From contig CALWOW010000035.1 of the NCBI GenBank assembly GCA_944383295.1, positions 1 to 63,321 of the forward strand: a stretch of DNA of 63,321 bases, given 5' to 3'. The notes beneath the pieces are model-generated. The model was not told the origin of the DNA, ran no database searches, and worked only from the letters and a program-made list of their open reading frames with translations. Below, piece by piece: positions 20,601-29,600 of this stretch. The DNA is from an uncultured Clostridia bacterium (GTDB lineage: Bacteria > Bacillota > Clostridia > Christensenellales > UBA1242). Every line of letters starts with the position of its first letter. Within the stretch, counting starts at the first letter, position 1. The position numbers and the translations under genes were made by a program.

Positions 20601-23600
20601 TCAAAATATACCGACAGTTTACCAATAGGAAAAGAATTTGGCTCTAATTTTAGTGGAACACTTGATACATATAGATATGGAACAAACAACAAATTTTCGG
20701 TTGTTGGTATTCAATTAAATAATACCTTGATAACCGAAAATGAAGTTTTGGGCGGTCTTTTTGGTAAAATTAGTGGTAAAATTTCAAATATAAACTTTAC
20801 ATTTACCTCATCTCAATTTGATTTAACAAATACAGTTGCAGAAATTACAAACAATGTACTTTCGGTAAGAGATATTTATTTAGGCTTGCTTGCTGGTAAA
20901 ATAGAAGGTAATACTGTTGAGCAAAGTCTTGAAAATGTTGAGGTAAAATTAAGTAACTACGAAGATAGGACTTTGTATATATACGGTATAGATGATGCTG
21001 AATACACTATTTATTTTGGTGCAGTTGCTGGTAGTGTAAGTGGTAATTTATCAACTGTTTATACTGAAATTGCAGTTCAGTTAGATGTGGAAGCAACTAA
21101 AACTTTCGTTGGTGGTTTGGTTGGTGAATTTACAGGGGCTAGACTAGGACAAACTACTGATACATTAAGCAAAGTAAAAATTAACGTTATTCGTGACGAT
21201 GTTTATAGCGATGGAAGTGCGATAGGTGGGTTGATAGGTGTAATTTCAAAAGATTCAACAATTTATTCACAAAACGTAATAGGTAGTATTGTTGCAACTA
21301 ACAGTATAAATGTAGGTGGTTTAGCTGGAATCAATTTGGGTACTTTGGGGTTATTTGAAAACAACACAGAGTATAGAGTTCTTGCTGGCGTTAAGATACA
21401 AGGTTATAAAAACATAGGTGGCTTGATAGGACTTAATAACGGACAAGATGAAAATGTTGGTATTATAAATTATGCTCGCGTGGAAAATTATGAAACTACA
21501 GGTTTAACACCTACACAACAAGCGCTTGCTATCGGTATAGAAAACGTTGGTGGTTTAGTCGGTCAAACATTAGGCGGTCGAATTACATATTCTTATGCTA
21601 TGAGTTATGTAAAGCAACTTACAATGACTAAATATGGTACAGGCGACTTCTATGGCGATGTAGTTGGTGCAAGTAATGTTGGTGGATTTATAGGGCTTGC
21701 TAAAAATGTTTACATTATGAGTTGCTTTGCAAAATCTAATGTTCAAATTGTCACTGATTTAGGTGCATTTGAAAATTATGCAGGCGGTGGTTTTGTTGGT
21801 AAATATGAAATCGAGGGCGTAGTTAGTTTAGCAAATAGCGTAATTTTGAATAGTTATGCGCAGGGCAAAATATTAACAAATAATACAAATCTTAACGAAA
21901 CAGGTGAATTAATCGGTTATTATCAAGTACCTGAAACAAATAGTGCTAATTATGTTGATACTTGTTATGCTCATGTTATTATTACAAATATTTCTGGCGA
22001 AAATGAAATAGTAGGGCGTAACTTGATAGGTACAAATGTTAGAAACGCTAATGTTTCAAATTGCTTCTATTTGGCGGATACTACCGATACAGATTCCGGT
22101 GCGGTAAGCAGTGAAGATATGGTGGTTAATTTTGAAAAGGGTGACTACAATACAAAGGTTTCTTACATAGGTTGGAGCTTTGGAGATAAAGATTCGACAA
22201 GTGCTTGGGTAGAATATGACCCTACTCTTGACATGGTGGGAGTAAACGACGATTTACCACTTTTGTATGATTATGACCGTTCTTGGCTTTATAATCAGGC
22301 TATCACAGATATACAAGTTACTGCTTTAACCTACAAAGATGATGAAGACTTGCTTCCAACATATTTTCAATTTAATGGTGCAGGCGCTGCTGCTAGTGTT
22401 GTAGTTTTGGAAAATATTGATTTAGATGAAAACGGCAATAAAAGTTTGTATCTCTACAACACAAATGAAACTCGTGGTATGTTCGAAATTCAAGTTTTAC
22501 CTGAAATTGACCCAGAAAAATGGAGCATTTCAGTTACATCTTCTAACTATGCAATAGCTGAAATTCAACAAAATAGTTTAAATCTTTTGAATGCAAAAAT
22601 AATATTTAAGCGTACAGGTTTGGTAACGATTACTTTCCAATCTTTACTTGATGTTAGTGAAAAACAAGAAGTTTTGATAAATGTTATAGGTGGTTTCTCT
22701 AACTACGACTTGTTAGATGAAAACGATAACTCATTAATTGCAGACGGGCAAAATGAATTATTGATTAAAAAAGGATATGGTAAAGTTTTATTACCAATCT
22801 TTACGACAAGGGAATATACAGACAGTTTAGGTTTAAAATATGAAACTGTAAGCGCTGATTATTTTGATTTTGTAAATTATCCTTTTGAAAACGGTAGTAC
22901 TTATGTTCCTACAAGCACAGCGCACTTATTAAATGGTAAAGAGTCGATTGACTATCAAGAAGTTTTTGTAACACCTTATGTTGCTTTGAATTTTGGTGAT
23001 GGAAAAACTTACAATCATGTATTTACGGAATTGAAAAAGAATTTCTATGTCAAAGTTTATAATGGTATTAGTTCGGCAGGTTTAAGTGCAAAAGAAGCCA
23101 CATTAACGAGTAGCGAAAATCTTACAATAAAACTCGAAGTTGTAACAGATAATACCGCAACTGTTCAAATAGATGAGCCAATTATTTACAAAAATGGCGC
23201 TGACACACCTTTACAAGATAATAGTGAAGTTTTAACTGCTTTACCACAAAATAGTGAAGAAAATATCACAGATGAATTAATTACAAATAGATATTTATTA
23301 CAATTAGATGAAAGCAATAGGGCGTTGACAAGTCAAGTTGCGTATGAGATTTTGTTTAATGTTTATGATGAAAATGGAATATTGTACGGCACTTATACCT
23401 TTAATTTAGTGTTTATACCTTCGCCTATTATTCGTGTAGATATATCACATTACACTTACGGTGTAGAATCTATGGAAAACGGTGAAGTGTCCAGCAATTT
23501 GATTTCACCAGGAACAAAAGGGTTATTAAAAATTGAAACAACACCTTATTACGCTTATTATGATTATATGCTTGTATCTAGTTCGATAGACAATGCAACA

Positions 23601-26600
23601 GGTCAAAAAGTGCAATTAATGCAAGCAGTAAATCAAAACGGTAAATTTAAAACTCTGGAAGCGCAATACAATCAAAACGGTGCTTTGATTACTCAAAAAA
23701 TAACAGGGTATGACAGTACAGGCAATGCTTATTTTAATGGAATAATATATGTTGTTACATTAGTGGGTAGCAATTTGTTGGAAGGTACGAGTTTTATTGT
23801 TTCGGCAACCGCTATGAGAAATGGTGAAAGTGCGTACGTTTTCCCTCCAACTCAATTCAATCTCATTACAACTTTTGCTCCTTATGCAACACTAACTCTT
23901 GATAATTCAAACGGTGATACTGTTGCGAGAGGAACAGTTGCAAACTTCCGCTTGCAAGGAATACTATATAATAGCACTATTACAGTATTGAGTGCTGATT
24001 ATGGTTTAGGCTTAGATTTAACAAAAACCCAATTATGCGTGTTTGGTGATGTTCGTAAAACTTTTGGGAATGGACAAAAGGAAAATGTAGATATCTTAAT
24101 TCCGTTCTATGTTGGTATTTTGGCTAGTCCAAATAACTCAAAAATAACTATTACATTACAAATTGATTCTACAACCTCTACGGGTGGTATGTTAAATCCT
24201 TTGATTTTGCAATACACGATTTATATCGTAGATTATGCTATTGATAGTGTTTATGTAAACGATGCACAAAGTGGTGTGTTAAATGCAAGTATTCGTACTT
24301 ATAGCACCTTACAAGCAGGTTGGAATTTAGTTACCCCAAGTATTACTGACTTTGAAAATTACATCGGGGCAAGCGAAGAAGACCTTGAAAACTTCCGTGT
24401 TGCTCGTGATGCAATTTTGGAAAGTGCAGAGCGCAAACTTAGTTTGATTAATGGTCAAGGTGATGGACAAGGCGGAGTATGGTGGTTTAATAACGGTACA
24501 GGTTATACAACTATTCAAAGTGCTTATTCTTATACTGATTTTATAGTTAGTTATACTACTATGAATGATGGTAATTCTTATTACATTATTAAAGGTAAAA
24601 ACTTAACTTCTAATTTGGACTTTAAGTTGTACTATAAAGGTTATTATGTATATGATGCCTTAAATAACTGCTTCTGCTTTACACTTGAAAGTGAGTTGAC
24701 AGGTGTGGCTTCGCAAGATATATTGGCTAGTTATCAAAATATTTTCGAACAATTATTTAGGGTAAACATAATAAACAATACAACAGATGATACTCCAGAC
24801 TTAGTTGATTCGGTTGAAAAATTCCGTTCAATGACCGAAGGTGCAAGTTATATGCTTACTACTGACTTAGTATTAGATAATTGGACACCTATCAATACTG
24901 CAATTACTTCATTAGACGGTAATGGACATATTATTTACTTGCGTAGTTTTGCACAAAATACAAATACAGGTACAGTAAATTATGGTTTGTTTGATACTTT
25001 GCAAAAAGGTACAGTGCTTAAAAATCTAATTATTGATGTATCGAATAATATCTTTGTTGATTTACAAAATACAAGCAATGTAAACTTTGGCTTTATTGCT
25101 GGTGTTAATGATGGCGGAATAATTTATAACTGTGATGTAGTTGTGACACAATCAAAAGAAAATTGGACTACTATTTACAACAATACAACTCATATAGCAA
25201 GTAACAATTCAAATTTCGCTTTTGCAAGTTCTATTTTTAATCAAATGTTACAAGGCAAAGACCAGTATGTTGATAACAACACTTTGGCATCAACCTTCAT
25301 TTTGACTGATAAATCTTCTACTAGCAATGTAGTTACGACTTATATTGGTGGGCTTGTTGGTGTAAATTCTGGTTATATTACAAATTGCCGTATAGGTAGA
25401 GTAGATGGAAATATATTAGGCGTTGACAGAGTAGATAGGAAATATGCTCTTCAAGGTATCAATATTTTCGCATCAGGTAATGTTGGTGGACTTGTGGGGC
25501 AAAATAATGGTGTAATTTCAAATAGTTATTTTGCAAATGGAACAGTTGTAAATTACAGTATGTCAATATTTAGTCAAACCAACCAAAACGGAGCGAAAAC
25601 GGGTGGTTTAGTCGCAGACCAAACTAGCGCAGGTAGAATAGAATCTAGTTACGCAGTGGGGCAAATAGGTGATACTGCACAAGCAAGTCTAGGTGGTATC
25701 AAGGCATACGGTACAATCGGTGGTTTGGTGCATTCAAATGCAGGAAGCATCAAGAATAGTTATGCAAATATGCCACTTTCAAGTTCGAATGCAATGGGTG
25801 GTTTTGTATATCAAAATACAGGTAAAGCAAGCGTAGAGTACTGCTATTCGATGAGTAAAATAAATAGTTCGGGCTTGATAAATGGTGTCTTTACAGGTGT
25901 TGACCAAGAGGGTAATGTTCTAAACAGTCAAGAAAGTGTTGTTAAGAATTGTTACTATCTAGCGACAGACAATAATTTTGTAGATGCTAATGAGCCAGCA
26001 ACTGCAATTTCTTCGTTAGAGTGGAGTAATGCGCAAGGTGTTGCGTTTGATGGCTTTGCTATAGCAGATAATGAAACAAGTACTTGGTATATAAATGCAG
26101 AAAAAACTTACTTAGGTCCACAATTAAGATTTGCAGATAAAGTAATGTATTCATTCCGTAGTGAAGATTATACTTATGATAGTACTTGTGTATTAGGTAG
26201 CGAAAGTAATCCTTTAATCATAGCTGACATTGAAGATTGGCAAAATATCTTCTATTATCCAGATTTAGGTGGCACAATGCGTTCACCATATATGGATGTA
26301 AATCCTAATTATTCAACGGGTGGAGCGCAATATGTGTTTGGTGATTATTATGTAAATCTTGTTGCCGATATAGACTTTGGCGAATCAATGCATTCAACAA
26401 GCTATGACACAATTTTTGAAGGTAAATTTTTCGGTAATGGCTATAATATAACAGGCTTAAATTATAGGCAGACAAGCAGTATTACAACAACTAGAAAAGA
26501 TTTTGGGTTGTTTAATAGTATAGAAAACGGTTTTGTAACTAACTTAAATATTAATGTCGCAAACGAAATCACTATTCGTGCAAGACACGTTGGTACTTTG

Positions 26601-29600
26601 GCTGGGTCGGCAAATAATGTTTATTTAGAAAATATAACTATTAGCGGACAAACCACAAATAGTTATATAACAGGGTTAAATATGGTCGGCTCTTTGGTCG
26701 GATTAGTGCTAGGCGATAGTGAAATAAGGAATATTCAATCAAGTATTTCTGTAAACGCGATTAGCGCAACAGCAACTTCGGGTTTGTATAATTACTATTA
26801 TCGAAGTGCTTTAAACAAAGCCGAGTCTGATTTCTCTTACGCAGGTGGTATTATAGGTGTTGTTGATTTGAATGAAGAAGAAAATTCGGAACAAAATCCT
26901 AGAATACAAAATTTAGTAACTCGTGGCAATGCTAATATTTATGGTGAAATTGCGGGGGGTGTGTTAGGTTTATTAGATAGCACATCGGAAGCAAAACAAC
27001 TTGAATTTATTATTGAAGCAGACACTCAAAGCGATATTAATCCAAACATTCGAGGCAGTAATTTTAGCGGAGGCTTGATAGGTGAAAACCGTGGTCGTTT
27101 GTTAAATTCTCGTATAGGTTTGAAAATTAATACCCAAATTCAAATTGATACAAACATCTCATCTACTGACAATGCAAGAAATTATATAGGTTATACAGGT
27201 TTATTTGCTTCAAATGATAAATCAACTGCAGTTGGTGGACTTGTTGGTTTAAATGCTGGTGGCTGGATAAATAATAGTTACTCTCGTGCAACGGTGTATG
27301 CAAACAATGCTTACATTGCGGGAGGTATCATAGGACTTGCTATAAACGCACCTAATAGTTATGTACCAACAGATAACGATGCAACATTAAAATACTTGCG
27401 TAACTTATCAAATATTGAGAATGTATTTAACGATACGGGTATGGTTTATAGTCTTGAATCTTCAAAGATAAAGACAAAAGGTACTTTCTCGTTTAGTGCA
27501 ACTTTAAAAGAAGTATACACAACAGGTGCGGTCAATGCTGAAAAAGTAATTGGTGGCGTTGTAGGGGCAAATATAGGTGCGCCAATGTTTGCAAATTCAA
27601 CTGAAGCATTAATCGCAGGCATAAATAATTTTGATGCGCAAGATTTAACCTTTACTTCAAAACTTGATAATGCAGATTATTATATTGGTGGTTTAGTAGG
27701 TTATCTAGGATTTAAAGTTAATGATACAAATGAAGGTGTTGTACCTTTGGTAAGTTCTTTTGAAATAAGTGGCGAATACAGTTTAGGAACGGCTAGTCAA
27801 AAGTCCAAAGTAGTAGGAAGTGTTGCTGGTAAAAATATCAAAACTATAGGTAATGTAACAAATCCTAATCATACTACAAGCACAATAGATTTCTTGACTG
27901 TTGCAACAGATCCAGAAGATAAAACTTTTGATGGATTTAACGAAACAGTTTGGAATATTGACAAGACCAAAACAAGTCATCGTTTTGCAATTTTAAAAGC
28001 ATCTTATTCAGCAACAGTATCAAATATTGAAACTGCTCAACAGTTATTAGAATTTTTAAGTAATACAAATACAAATAGTTACGGTAAAATAGTAAAAGAT
28101 AATTTGGTAGTTACAGGAACAGATTGGGCAAATTATGTAGTTGATACTAAAAATTCTAAATACACTATTGCTACTTCTATGGATGAAGCGGTAACAGGTA
28201 GGTTGGAAGGTGCTGTTCCTTACACAGTAGAAGGTCAAAGTACCACAAAATCAGCAACGGTTATTTTTAGAGACTTTTCATCAGCACAAGCAAAAGCGTT
28301 TGATTCATTGTTTGGTTTTACAAAGAATTTTAGAGTTTTAAATATAAACTTTGTATTTGAATTTACACCAGACTTGACAGAAAACGGTGTAAATGTTACT
28401 AAAAATCCTATTTCAAACTTTGGTTTGTTAGCGCAAGAAAGTAATAGTACTTATTATGAAAACATTTCATTGACTTTCAACAATGACAATACTTTAAAAA
28501 CAAATAATTTAGAGAATTTGGCATTGATTGTAGGTTTGGCGCAGTCTTGTAACTTTACTAATGTTAATGTAAATGGTAAGATTGAAACTATTGAAAATTA
28601 TTCAAGCACAAGTGCAGTAAATATCGGTGCTTTGTTTGGACTAGGTAAAGTTACAAATACAATCAGCGGTACAACTTTTGGTAATTTTGCTTTGAATTAT
28701 ACATCAAATAATAATTATTCATTGAATTTTGGTGGCTTGGCTGGGCAGGCTGATGGTATTTTGAATGTTCGCGGAGTTGTGCTTGAAAAACAAAACAACC
28801 TCAATGTTGATATTACAGTTACGGCAAACAATAATACTAATGCTTTAAATATTGCAGGTGTTGTTGGTAACATAACAGGTACAGCAAGACTACAAAATTT
28901 TGTAGTTGACGGTGAAATTTCAATTAATAGAACTAATGGTCAAGATAATTCAGTTTCAAATATGGCTGGAATTGTTGGTTCTACTAAAAATACAAATATT
29001 GCTAATGTAACAAGTTTGGTAAATATTTCGGGTCAAGTAAATGGTGGCAGTGTTTATGCTGGTGGAGTTGCTGGACAGATTATAAACGAACAAGAATTTA
29101 CAGGCACAGGCACAACAATGCAATTTAGCGGATACTTAACAGAGTATGTTACAAACAAAGGTAATATTAGTTTGCAGGCTAATTCAAATAATTCTATATT
29201 TATAGGCGGAATATTTGGATATGCAGAAAATGATTTGATTTTGGCAAACTCAAAAGTCGTACCTAGTGGACAACCTAGATTAATTTACAACGGTTTGTAT
29301 AGTAGCGGAAAACTTCAAGTAAGTTCGGCAAGTAATAGAATTTATGCTGGTGGTTTAATTGGTAGTGTCGTTCAGGGAAGATTGCAAGGTGTTGACGGCT
29401 ATGTTGAATTAGACAAGCCAAATAATATCTTAAAAATTTCCGATAGCGCATTTATGGGACAATTATTAATTGAAAACCTTCAATCATCGAATAGTTATAA
29501 TGCATTGGGCGGTATTGCAGGTAATACACAATTAGCAATAGCAGACAGTTTGTCTAATGGTGTGGTATCGTTTGATGCAGAAAATGCAATTTCAATCTAC